Source: Spirochaetaceae bacterium (lineage in GTDB: Bacteria > Spirochaetota > Spirochaetia > DSM-2461). Taken from it: DNA of 64,000 nucleotides. The stretch lies in NCBI GenBank assembly GCA_051531975.1, contig JAOPTT010000009.1:1-64000 (forward strand), read 5' to 3'. The notes beneath the pieces are model-generated. The model saw only the letters and a list, made by a program, of their open reading frames with translations. It was not told where the DNA came from and did not search any database. This document shows, piece by piece, positions 39,602-48,970 of this stretch (positions within the stretch are counted from its first letter, which is position 1; each line of letters begins with the position of its first letter). The position numbers and the translations under genes are program-made.

Positions 39602-40933
39602 CTAATGATTCTTAAGAGTTTTTATCGCCCAAAACAGTGTCATTAAAGCTGCTGACCAATTTATAAATATTAACCCAGTCCACACACCTTTTTCTGCCAT
39701 AGAAAAGTTGAAACAAAGTATATAAAAAATTATCGCCGGAGCTATTATCTGCCTATATAGTCCCATCCACATAATAAGTTTTGGCTTTTTTAATCCTTGT
39801 AATAGTGCGTTGCTCTGAAATAAGATTATGTAACTATAAAATGTAAAACCTTGTAGGAGCAGATAATCATAACCCATTCTAATAACATCTTCTGTATCAG
39901 TAAAAAGGCTTATTATTTGCTTTCCAAATATTAGTACTGGTGGAAGAATTATTAACATGACTACAAATCCCCCAAGTAAGGAGAGTTTGTAAGACTTAAT
40001 TACTCTATCTATTTTATTTGCTCCATTATTTTGCCCTACCATCGCTCCTAGTGCAACATTTAATCCGGCAGCAGGAACTAAAGCTATCTGCTCAACCCTA
40101 ATTGCAGCTCCATATGCAGCAACAGCATTACTTCCAAATGCTGCTATAAACCAAGTAATAACAAATGTTCCTATACTCATTGTTAAAAAGTTCGCAGTAG
40201 CTGGAACTGCCTGTTCTATAATTTCTTTAATATAGATCTTATCTAATTTATAGTCGCTTTTATTTAAATCTTTTAATCCCTCAGCTTTTAATACCTTATA
40301 TAACAAATATATTAAGCTTAGAAATTGAATTAGTACTGTTGCTAATGCAACTCCAGATTCATTCATTTTTAATGTATACATAAAGAGGGGATCTAAACCT
40401 ATATTTAATAGACAACCAATAATAAGAATATTTCTATAACTAACAGTATCGCCTCTAGATGCTAAAGCAGAAGAGAATACAGGAGCTAGATTTATTATAG
40501 GCATTCCGATAATTATAACTCTTCCATAATCCATGGCACCTCTAAGAACATCCCCCTCAGCTTTTAATAATCTAAAGACTGGTTCTAAAAGTAACAGTAG
40601 AATTATTGTGCTTATTAAAGAGAAAATAGTAGAAATGACAATCGATTGACTTAGATATTTTCTAGATTCATATATCTTTTTAGCACCAATCGAATTAGCA
40701 ATTAATGCTCCAGATGCTGCTGAAAAACCAATACCAAGAGACATAACTAATAAGTACAAAGGGAAGTTTAGTGCTAAAGCAGCTAGAGAATCGGTGGAAA
40801 GTTGACCTGCCCAGAAACTGTCTACAATATTGTAAAGTGTATTAAATAAAAGACCTACACTTATTGGTATTGCAAGTCTTTTCATATGTGGCAAAAGTGG
40901 CCCTTGTGTCATGTCTAATGAATTTTGTACCAT
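39602..40933 (-). CDS. MATE family efflux transporter
   Basis: YNIVDSFW, NIGLDPLF, GVALAT, AVAAYG, GQNNGA; AAGGAG RBS before 40933. Confidence 0.92.
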   Translation of the reverse strand: MVQNSLDMTQGPLLPHMKRLAIPISVGLLFNTLYNIVDSFWAGQLSTDSLAALALNFPLYLLVMSLGIGFSAASGALIANSIGAKKIYESRKYLSQSIVISTIFSLISTIILLLLLEPVFRLLKAEGDVLRGAMDYGRVIIIGMPIINLAPVFSSALASRGDTVSYRNILIIGCLLNIGLDPLFMYTLKMNESGVALATVLIQFLSLIYLLYKVLKAEGLKDLNKSDYKLDKIYIKEIIEQAVPATANFLTMSIGTFVITWFIAAFGSNAVAAYGAAIRVEQIALVPAAGLNVALGAMVGQNNGANKIDRVIKSYKLSLLGGFVVMLIILPPVLIFGKQIISLFTDTEDVIRMGYDYLLLQGFTFYSYIILFQSNALLQGLKKPKLIMWMGLYRQIIAPAIIFYILCFNFSMAEKGVWTGLIFINWSAALMTLFWAIKTLKNH

Positions 40934-41132
40934 TTGATGCTCCTTTTTCAATGTTAGCTTATATATAGAAGAAGCAAAACACATTAATAACTAAAGGTGT
41001 TAATAATAGATCAACGACGACATAGCAATTTAAATAGCACTAAATATTAGTTTAAAAAAAATAAGTACTATCCTATACTTAATCTAATGAAATATTTTCA
41101 TTTAATCTAAAAATGAATATTAAGGAGAAAAT

Positions 41133-41621
41133 ATGAAAGTAGCATTTATGGTTATAGACATGCAAAAAGAGTATTTTAAGGGCAGTTCAAAAGAATCTAT
41201 GGAATCTGCAGCCGAGTATATTAATGAGGTTTTGGAGTATTTTAGAGAGAAAAAGCTACCTATAGTGTGGGTTCAGGATATTGCTAAAGAGTCTGGAGTT
41301 GTTCCTGGTACTAAAGGTTTTGAGGTCATAGATATCCTAAATAAAAGTGATGATGAATTATCAATATATAAAGAATATGGCAATACTTTTAATAAAACAG
41401 AGTGTGGAGGTATCCTAAAAAAAGAGGGTGTTGATGTGATTGTTTTAGCTGGTTATTGTGCTGAAAATTGTGTTTTATCTACATACCGAGGAGCATTGGA
41501 TCTAGATTTTACTCCTATCCTCTTAAAAGATGGCATAGCCAGTGGAGACGCTAAAAACTTGGAATTTGTCGAAAAAATAAGTGATACAGTGCCATATAAC
41601 ATCGTCAAAAAATTGCTTTAG
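41133..41621 (+). CDS. Isochorismatase/cysteine hydrolase family
   Basis: VIDMQ, K...NTF, GYCAENCV. Confidence 0.9.
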   Translation: MKVAFMVIDMQKEYFKGSSKESMESAAEYINEVLEYFREKKLPIVWVQDIAKESGVVPGTKGFEVIDILNKSDDELSIYKEYGNTFNKTECGGILKKEGVDVIVLAGYCAENCVLSTYRGALDLDFTPILLKDGIASGDAKNLEFVEKISDTVPYNIVKKLL

Positions 41622-41629
41622 GAGAAGTT

Positions 41630-42082
41630 ATGCTGACCTTTGAACCTGCAGAGTTTATGGATGCAGAAGAGTTAACTAGAATACAGATTTGTTCATTTGC
41701 AAAAGATGTTGAGGCTTGTGGAGATGGCCCTCCTGGTTATGATTCTGTAGAAAGTCAAAATGAGAAGATTCTCAAATATAATTTCTATAAAATATTAGAG
41801 GATAAAGTTATCGTAGGTGGGTTTTATTATACCTTATTGGATCCTGATACTTTAGAGCTTATAAGACTGTTTATTGAACCTAAACATCAGGGGAAAGGGT
41901 TAGGTTGCAAGGCGTTAGAGTTCTTAGAAACACTAAGTGAAATAAAAGTTATAACTCTAGAAGCTTCAGATTTTAATATTCAAAACCAGAAGTATTATGA
42001 AAATAGAGGTTATAATAATGTAGGGAAAAAATATTATACCGAGAATGACTATTCTGTTGTATATAAAAAAGTTATAAAATGA
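41630..42082 (+). CDS. GNAT family N-acetyltransferase
   Basis: GPPGYD, HQGKGLG, YYENRGY. Confidence 0.88.
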   Translation: MLTFEPAEFMDAEELTRIQICSFAKDVEACGDGPPGYDSVESQNEKILKYNFYKILEDKVIVGGFYYTLLDPDTLELIRLFIEPKHQGKGLGCKALEFLETLSEIKVITLEASDFNIQNQKYYENRGYNNVGKKYYTENDYSVVYKKVIK

Positions 42083-42173
42083 TTTCATAATCTTAAATTC
42101 TAAGCATATTTACCTTGTAAAAATTAAATTAAATAAAGTTTATTTATATATAATAATAGTGTAATCTACAACC

Positions 42174-43688
42174 ATGAATAAGAAAGTACAAGAGTTATTA
42201 CAATTACCAGTTTTATCTATATTTTTATTATTAACAGTAGGAACTTCATTTTCAAGCCATATGTTTTTAGACGGCGTTACAATGGCTGCAATATCCCGTA
42301 ACCTTTCAGTAGGTCTTGGATCATATTGGGACATGTTTTATACAACAGACATTAATCATTTTATTTCACATCCCCCTTTTGGTTTGTGGTTAGAATCAAT
42401 TTTATTTAGAATTATTGGAGATAAACCATGGGTTGAGTCTCTGTTTGGATGGTCACTAGGTATTTTCTCGATATATTTAATATCAAAGCTATGGAAAAAG
42501 GTTACAGGTAAGACCAGTGGTTCATGGTGGGTTATATTAATTACTCTTTTTAGCCCAATATTAACATGGTGTTTTAATAATAATATGCTTGAAAATAGTG
42601 TTGTTGTATTACTTTTAATTTATACATTATTGGTGATTGAAGCCTTTAATTCCAATAATATTCTAAAGCTTTCATTATTTTCACTATCATCTGGTATTAT
42701 AATGTTTTTAGCTTTATCTACTAAAGGACCACCAACACTGTTTCCCATAATACTACCACTGGTTATTCCTCTTTTTCTGAAAAAGTTCAGTATAAAAAAA
42801 GGTTTAACTATTTTAAGCTTAATCTTATTAACAATTATGTTATCAGTTGGTATTACATATTTAATTAGTGGAGATGAATTTATGAGATTCATTAGTAGAT
42901 ATATTCGCCACCAGTTATTACCTAGTATAAACGGTGATGTTGAAGTTTCCCCTAATAGGTTACTAATATTACAAATCCTACTTAAACAACTGCTTTTAGG
43001 ACTAATATTGATAGTTATATCGATAACTACTATTACCAAGAAAAAAAATATTTTAAAGGAAAATAGCTGGATTATTGTTCTTATTGTCTTGGGACTTGCC
43101 GGAAGTTTACCTTTCTTGATTTTTAAAAAACAGATGGCTTGGTATTTAATGCCAAGTATTCCATTCTTTACTATAGCAATAAGTATTTTAACAGCTCCCA
43201 TTGCAGAAAAAATAGAGGTGTTTATATATAAAAAAATAGGAGTTTTCAATAATATTATTACAATTTTCACGGCCTGTTTAGTATTGATTTCTCTATTTTC
43301 AACCACTATATATAAAGGTAAATCATATTTAGCTCCTGAAATTGTAATAAGAGATATTTTTTCTTCAGGTAAAGATGGATCAAATAAAGATAAAGCAAGA
43401 TTTTATAGTGAATATACATGGCAAAATTTCAACCTAGATATTGTAAATCAGAAAGTTGAAATCCCAGTAGGAAGTAGTATCGCTACTCAAGAAACACTAC
43501 ACGATTTTTGGCGAATGAATGCTTATTTTCAGAGAGTTTATAGTGCTAATCTTAGTCTTAGAATAAAAAGTGATGGTGACTTCTTTATAGCTGGGGAAGT
43601 ATCAAAAGATAATTTTTCTCCATTTGGTTTTAGACCTATTAGTAATAAAAAGGCTGTTTATAACTTTTTTGAAAAAACAAACAAATGA
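42174..43688 (+). CDS. GT-C membrane glycosyltransferase (ArnT/PMT-like)
   Basis: Multi-TM; DG near the N-terminus, SHPPF, NMLE, TKGP. Confidence 0.8.
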   Translation: MNKKVQELLQLPVLSIFLLLTVGTSFSSHMFLDGVTMAAISRNLSVGLGSYWDMFYTTDINHFISHPPFGLWLESILFRIIGDKPWVESLFGWSLGIFSIYLISKLWKKVTGKTSGSWWVILITLFSPILTWCFNNNMLENSVVVLLLIYTLLVIEAFNSNNILKLSLFSLSSGIIMFLALSTKGPPTLFPIILPLVIPLFLKKFSIKKGLTILSLILLTIMLSVGITYLISGDEFMRFISRYIRHQLLPSINGDVEVSPNRLLILQILLKQLLLGLILIVISITTITKKKNILKENSWIIVLIVLGLAGSLPFLIFKKQMAWYLMPSIPFFTIAISILTAPIAEKIEVFIYKKIGVFNNIITIFTACLVLISLFSTTIYKGKSYLAPEIVIRDIFSSGKDGSNKDKARFYSEYTWQNFNLDIVNQKVEIPVGSSIATQETLHDFWRMNAYFQRVYSANLSLRIKSDGDFFIAGEVSKDNFSPFGFRPISNKKAVYNFFEKTNK

Positions 43689-44047
43689 GAAGCTGTAAAG
43701 TTTATTAGGAAAGCAGTTAATATTCCTATTCCTTGTGGAATCGTTTTATAAGGTATATTGGGAAAAACTGTAAGCAGAAGATTTAGAACTATTAAATTGA
43801 TTAGTAGTCCTACTAATGAAACCGATACAAACTTTACATATCGAACAAATGTTAATGAAGCACCTTTATACGTCCACAGGGTATTTATTATATAGTTCTG
43901 AGATACCGCAATAATAAAACATATAATAGCTGCTATATTTTTATCTAACATATATCTATCTGCGATTATATAAAAAATGATTAAGTTTGTTATTAACCCT
44001 AAGGAGCCAACTAGACCAAAACTTATTAGACGCTTAAATATATTCAT
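43658..44047 (-). CDS. GtrA family flippase-like protein
   Basis: FGLVG...N, QNYIIN..WTY, KFVSVS..GL.IN, NFTAS..FVF. Confidence 0.85.
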   Translation of the reverse strand: MNIFKRLISFGLVGSLGLITNLIIFYIIADRYMLDKNIAAIICFIIAVSQNYIINTLWTYKGASLTFVRYVKFVSVSLVGLLINLIVLNLLLTVFPNIPYKTIPQGIGILTAFLINFTASHLFVFSKKL

Positions 44048-44748
44048 TTGATAAATCTTAAAAGCCAAACTTTAAATAATGCTTCAAAATATATTTTTAA
44101 ACTCATTTTAGATTTACCAGCACTACGTTCAATAAAAACGATAGGAAATTCTAAAAAACTAAAACCATTTTTAATTGCCCTAGTTTTTAGTTCAATCTGA
44201 AACATATAACCCTTTGATATTATAGAATCAAAATTGATAGATTCTAATACTTCTTTTTTCCAAAAATTGAAGCCACCAGTCATATCTTTTATTCCACTTT
44301 GTAGAATTATTCTAGAATATAATGACCCATATGAGGATATAATACTTCTAAACCGACTCCACCCTTCAATACCTCCGCCATTAATATATCTAGAGCCAAT
44401 TACAAAATCACACTTCTCATCAAATTTAGACATCATGGATTTTAAATACTTGGGTTGGTGGGAAAAGTCAGCATCAAATTGACATATATAATCATAATTG
44501 CTATTTAAAGCCCATTTAAATCCTTGAATATATGCGTAAGCTAACCCTTCTTTAATTTTACTTTCCACTAGATAAAGGTTTTTAGTTCGAATCATAAGGT
44601 CTTTTACACATAAGTTAGTACCATCGTTTGAATTACCGTCAACTACTAAAATATCTACATGGGGACAGTTACTAAAAACTTTAGTAATAATATGGCTAAT
44701 ATTTTCAATTTCGTTATATGTTGGTATTATAATCAAGTTTTTTGACAT
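44044..44748 (-). CDS. Polyprenol monophosphomannose synthase-like GT2
   Basis: IIPTYNE, DADFSHQP, IGSRY..GG, DMTGGF, GYMFQIE, ER..GKSKM. Confidence 0.9.
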   Translation of the reverse strand: MSKNLIIIPTYNEIENISHIITKVFSNCPHVDILVVDGNSNDGTNLCVKDLMIRTKNLYLVESKIKEGLAYAYIQGFKWALNSNYDYICQFDADFSHQPKYLKSMMSKFDEKCDFVIGSRYINGGGIEGWSRFRSIISSYGSLYSRIILQSGIKDMTGGFNFWKKEVLESINFDSIISKGYMFQIELKTRAIKNGFSFLEFPIVFIERSAGKSKMSLKIYFEALFKVWLLRFIK

Positions 44749-44827
44749 AATGCCATAATAAAGCTTCATATTATAGCTGTCAATAATAAAGCTTGTCAGA
44801 GATTATCATATATATTATTATCAAATA
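44749..44827. promoter_or_regulatory. Back-to-back sigma70 promoters, both abutting start codons
   Basis: Minus: TTGACA(44783-44778)-17-TATTAT-6-ATG 44748; plus: TTGTCA(44793-44798)-17-TATTAT-6-ATG 44828. Confidence 0.7.
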
Positions 44828-45472
44828 ATGAAAAAGCTCATCATACTTTTTATATCAATCCAATCAATATATTCAAATAATTTTGACCAGTTAAACCAAG
44901 CAATTAAAAAATTAGATTATGACAAAACATTATTGAGTTTTGAAGCTGAAACAACAATATCTAATTATAATAAGATTACAGCTAAAACTTTAGTTAAATA
45001 TGATCCAAAGAATAAAGACCCTTATAGTTTGTTATTAAAAGATGATAAACCTCCTACTGAAATAGACATTAAAAAATATAAAAAACAGAGAAGTAAAAAC
45101 AAAAGTTTTAGTGCTGTAGATTATTTAGGAAAAACATTTACCTTTGTCTCTCAAGAAGATGATATTGCATATTATACCTTCACTTCGAAAAAAAATATTA
45201 TCCCAGGTTTTCCTTCAAAAATGCCAGGAAGATTATGGCTAGATGTGACAAATAAAATGATTACAAAAGTTGAAATATTAAACAAAGAAAAAAAAGTCAT
45301 ATTCCCAGGTGTTTCTCTGAATATGTTTATAATGGAACTTAAATTTTTACCATTTAATAAAGATATTACAGTTTTAGATTCAATGGATACATTTATAGAT
45401 GCCAAAATCTTTACTAAAAAGCTTAAACAAAAAATTAAAACAAGAACAAAGAACTATCTATCTGTCCCTTAG
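44828..45472 (+). CDS. Exported hypothetical protein
   Basis: 214-aa ORF with short signal peptide MKKLIILFISIQSIYS; beta-rich GRLWLD segment. Confidence 0.7.
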   Translation: MKKLIILFISIQSIYSNNFDQLNQAIKKLDYDKTLLSFEAETTISNYNKITAKTLVKYDPKNKDPYSLLLKDDKPPTEIDIKKYKKQRSKNKSFSAVDYLGKTFTFVSQEDDIAYYTFTSKKNIIPGFPSKMPGRLWLDVTNKMITKVEILNKEKKVIFPGVSLNMFIMELKFLPFNKDITVLDSMDTFIDAKIFTKKLKQKIKTRTKNYLSVP

Positions 45473-45487
45473 TGACGATGCAAGAAT

Positions 45488-45528
45488 TAAATAATTATAT
45501 TGTCATAATTATTTATAGCATATATAAT
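45488..45528 (+). promoter_or_regulatory. Promoter of the radical SAM/Tat cluster with an inverted repeat over the -35
   Basis: TTGTCA(45500)-17 bp-TATAAT(45523); TAAATAATTAT-N6-ATAATTATTTA at 45488-45515. Confidence 0.6.
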
Positions 45529-45562
45529 TTGGTATAATTTTAAAAAAAATGGATGGTATAAA

Positions 45563-46573
45563 ATGGCTAATATTCTCCTTACCGAACAGTGCGTAAGATC
45601 ATGCCCATATTGTTTTGCTAAGAAACATATGGAGAATTCTGAAAATAAAAACTTGCAATGGGAAGATTTTATTTATATTGTTGATCTTTTTGAAAAGAGA
45701 AACCCTAGATATATGTCTCTTTTAGGTGGAGAACCTACTCTACATAAACATTTTGTAGACTTTGTTTTATACTTAATAAATAGAGATTTTGGTGTAACAG
45801 TTTTTACAAGTGGTATTATGAGTCCTTCTAAATTAGAGGCTTTAAAAAAGGCTTTAGCAGAGTTTCCAAAAGCAAAGGTAAGTTTTGTTGTAAATCTAAA
45901 TCATCCATCAATGTCTGATGAGAAAGAACTAGAGAGAATTGATGCATTTCTAGATGAGTTTGGAGAGAGTTGTACTTTAAGTTTTAACTTTTATACGTTA
46001 GATATGGAGATGGAATATCTTTTTGATTATATTGAAAGATTTAACTTAAATAGACATATTCGAATCGGTTTAGCTCATCCAATTCCAGGAGAAAAAAACC
46101 TTTGTATTCCTACTGACCAATTTGACGAAATGGTCGAAAAATTAGCAACATATATACCTATGTTTATTAAATATAGAGTTAGCCCTGGGTTTGATTGTGG
46201 ATTCCCACTTTGTAAATTTACCGATGATCAATTAGGTAAATTTAAGAAATTAGAAAAAGGTAATGGCTCAGGTTCTGTTAAATTTGGTTGTAATGCTGCA
46301 ATTGATATTGGTCCAGATATGACTGTATGGTCTTGTTTCCCTTTATCTAAGTATCATAGAAAAAGTCTATATGACTTTGATTCAGTTGATGCTGTTTATG
46401 AGTATTATCAAACAATGCATTATAATGTGAGAGATAAAAAAGCTGGAGTTTTTGAAGAGTGTGAAGGATGCCGATATCAAGAAAGTGAGTTATGTAAAGG
46501 TGGTTGTCTTGCGCATATAGTTAATACTGATGAAAGCATTATTAAGGAGGCTAGTGGTGTTAAACGTAACTAA
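45563..46573 (+). CDS. Radical SAM/SPASM protein
   Basis: CVRSCPYC, LGGEP, C...IGPD.TVWSC, CEGC...CKGGC. Confidence 0.92.
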   Translation: MANILLTEQCVRSCPYCFAKKHMENSENKNLQWEDFIYIVDLFEKRNPRYMSLLGGEPTLHKHFVDFVLYLINRDFGVTVFTSGIMSPSKLEALKKALAEFPKAKVSFVVNLNHPSMSDEKELERIDAFLDEFGESCTLSFNFYTLDMEMEYLFDYIERFNLNRHIRIGLAHPIPGEKNLCIPTDQFDEMVEKLATYIPMFIKYRVSPGFDCGFPLCKFTDDQLGKFKKLEKGNGSGSVKFGCNAAIDIGPDMTVWSCFPLSKYHRKSLYDFDSVDAVYEYYQTMHYNVRDKKAGVFEECEGCRYQESELCKGGCLAHIVNTDESIIKEASGVKRN

Positions 46574-47429
46574 AAAAATAATTGTTGCTGCTTATGAGCC
46601 AAAGTTTGCAAATGATATTGGTAAACAGAAAATAGTATATTACACAGATAAATTAGAAGACGTTCTTACAATTTATGGTGATGCCATAGATAAAAACGAA
46701 CTTATGTGTATAAAAGTTGATACTGATAAAAATCTATCTGAACTTGAATTTAAAGATGAATGGCAAAGTATTCCAATTGCCCTTTATACTCCATCTGTTG
46801 GTGATCTATCAGAGATGTTAATACAGGGTAAGAAACTAAAAAAGTTTAATATCCAGATTTTCTTACCAATAGAAAATAAAGATACAATTAGAGATCTTAG
46901 AATACTTTCTTCTGTCGGTATCAATTGTGGTTTTTATATTAAAGATGAAAATTCAGATGTAGACTGGGAACAAGTTGATGATCTTTTTTATTACTATGCT
47001 TATACAAATACTGAAAAAGGAAATATAGAACCTTTTAGATATATAATTGAAAAAGACTATAGAGAAAAATCATTTGATTTTAGAGCTGTAATATTTGATG
47101 ATCCAAATAAATTTGTTTATGTAGACAAGGATTTTAACTATTCAGTAAATCTTGATGAACTTACTAAAGGTTCTTTTCTTGGTAATGGAATTGATGAGTT
47201 AAAATCATATATAAATGAAGAAATAGATTATGTTTCAAAAAAATCAGATATGTTTTCTAAAAATGAAATCTGTTCATACTGTAGTAGTTGGAGGTTTTGT
47301 AGATCTAATTATTTTTCTCAATGTCAAAAGAATGAAACATATAAAATGTTGTTTGATAGTGTTTCTGATTATCTTGAAGTTCGAGTAAAACAACCATCTC
47401 AGAATGTGGAAAAAAAATGGCAGTTATAA
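46557..47429 (+). CDS. Hypothetical protein with a C-terminal SPASM-like Cys cluster and no CxxxCxxC
   Basis: CSYCSSWRFC...C; AAGGAGG RBS before GTG 46557; overlaps both neighbours. Confidence 0.7.
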   Translation: MLNVTKKIIVAAYEPKFANDIGKQKIVYYTDKLEDVLTIYGDAIDKNELMCIKVDTDKNLSELEFKDEWQSIPIALYTPSVGDLSEMLIQGKKLKKFNIQIFLPIENKDTIRDLRILSSVGINCGFYIKDENSDVDWEQVDDLFYYYAYTNTEKGNIEPFRYIIEKDYREKSFDFRAVIFDDPNKFVYVDKDFNYSVNLDELTKGSFLGNGIDELKSYINEEIDYVSKKSDMFSKNEICSYCSSWRFCRSNYFSQCQKNETYKMLFDSVSDYLEVRVKQPSQNVEKKWQL

Positions 47430-48523
47430 TTTTTAAGGCTATTGAATATTGTAATTCAAATTGTATTTATTGCAGCGTTATAGAGAAAGATGAAGGCCAT
47501 ACTATGAGTTATGAAAGGCTTGAAACTGTTTTTATACGTATGAACCAATATTTGGAAGAACTTCCAGACGAGATAATCGATTTTACTTGGCATGGAGGGG
47601 AAGCAACCTTATTAGGTCCTGAATATTTTAGAAAAGCTTTAGAGTTTCAGAATGTTCACTGCAAAAAGACTAAGAATAGGATTAAGCATATAATACAATC
47701 TAATTTAACATGTATTACCCAAGAAATTATTGATGTTCTTAAAGACCTAGGTATAAACTCAATAGGATCAAGTTATGATCCTATTGAGGGAATTAGAGGG
47801 ATTGGTAAAAATAGAGACTCTAAATTATATAAAGAATTGTTTTTTAAAGGTGTTGATTTAGTTGAGAAAAATGGAATGACTTGGGGGATTATTTATGTTG
47901 TTCATAGAAGATCTTTAGAAGACCCCGTAGGAATTTTTAACCATTTGTCAAACTTAAATTTAGGCACATCTCCTGTTTTTAACTGTATATATTTGTACGA
48001 GGATGATAAACATCATTTAAGTATTACCCCCGAAGAGTTTGCGGACTTTTTAGGAGCTCTTGTCCCTTTATATATGGAAAATCCTGAAAAATATAAATCT
48101 ATACGACCACTAAGCATGTTTATTGACTCTATAAAAGAAAAAACACCATTAGGTTGTGATTATGCAGGAAATTGTGCAAATTATTGGCTATATATTGGAC
48201 CTACTGGTGAACTATCCCACTGTGGTAGAGCAGGTGATCAAAGAATAATAAGTTATGGAAATATCGACGATACTAGCCTAAAGGAAGCACTAAATCATCC
48301 TTACCGGAAAAAAATACTTGCTAGACAGACGTATTTGGTTGATAATGATTGTAAAGGCTGTAAATATTGGGGCATATGCCATGGTGGATGTCCAGTGGAT
48401 GCATTGTCTATGACTGGTGACATTATGAATAAAGCTATGTCATGCGAAATGGTAAAAAGATTAATGTCAAAATATATTGAACCCTTAGTTGATAAAGAAG
48501 TGCAATTTTATCCTAATAATTAA
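47417..48523 (+). CDS. Radical SAM/SPASM peptide maturase-type enzyme (anSME-like)
   Basis: CNSNCIYC, WHGGE, QSN, SYD; full SPASM C..C..G..C...CKGCKYWGICHGGCP...C. Confidence 0.92.
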   Translation: MAVIIFKAIEYCNSNCIYCSVIEKDEGHTMSYERLETVFIRMNQYLEELPDEIIDFTWHGGEATLLGPEYFRKALEFQNVHCKKTKNRIKHIIQSNLTCITQEIIDVLKDLGINSIGSSYDPIEGIRGIGKNRDSKLYKELFFKGVDLVEKNGMTWGIIYVVHRRSLEDPVGIFNHLSNLNLGTSPVFNCIYLYEDDKHHLSITPEEFADFLGALVPLYMENPEKYKSIRPLSMFIDSIKEKTPLGCDYAGNCANYWLYIGPTGELSHCGRAGDQRIISYGNIDDTSLKEALNHPYRKKILARQTYLVDNDCKGCKYWGICHGGCPVDALSMTGDIMNKAMSCEMVKRLMSKYIEPLVDKEVQFYPNN

Positions 48524-48553
48524 AGTTAGGTTTTATATAAAGAGGTGTGAATT

Positions 48554-48760
48554 ATGAATGAGAAAGAAATCATGGAAACTGGATCAGAGAGCAAAGTAAT
48601 TTCTAGAAAGGAAGCTTTAAAAAGAATTTCTAAGATCGGTTTAGGTATTGGTGCTGCAGTTGTTGCTACAAGTTGTGATCTTTATTATTACGACTATACT
48701 TATAGTGACTATAGTGATTATTATTACAGCTACTATGTTTATACAAACTACTACTGGTAA
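48554..48760 (+). CDS. Putative RiPP precursor: Tat-type lipoprotein signal plus Tyr-rich core
   Basis: GAGGTG RBS; SRKEALK, h-region IGLGIGAAVV, ATS-C, core CDLYYYDYTYSDYSDYYYSYYVYTNYYW. Confidence 0.8.
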   Translation: MNEKEIMETGSESKVISRKEALKRISKIGLGIGAAVVATSCDLYYYDYTYSDYSDYYYSYYVYTNYYW

Positions 48761-48763
48761 TCT

Positions 48764-48970
48764 ATGCTGAGTTTTGTAGAGATTGCAATAGTAGGTGGAG
48801 CGATTCTTTTAATTTTTGGATCAACGAAACTTCCAAAATTGGGCCGAACAATGGGTCAAAGTTTGACAGAGTTTAAAAAAGGACTTAAAGAGGGTATGAC
48901 AGATACTAATGTTACTGATGAAAAGAAAGATGAAGAAGTAGCTGATAAGTCTGATATTGTGAATGAGTAA
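48764..48970 (+). CDS. tatA: Twin-arginine translocase TatA/TatE
   Basis: EI...LLIFGSTKLPKLGRTMGQSLTEFKKG. Confidence 0.93.
   Translation: MLSFVEIAIVGGAILLIFGSTKLPKLGRTMGQSLTEFKKGLKEGMTDTNVTDEKKDEEVADKSDIVNE

Noticed and set aside
48674..48760. TAT/TAC-rich stretch read as a microsatellite or CRISPR-like repeat
   Set aside because: Mixed synonymous Tyr codons, an open frame, an RBS and a signal peptide indicate coding sequence; there is no repeat-spacer structure.
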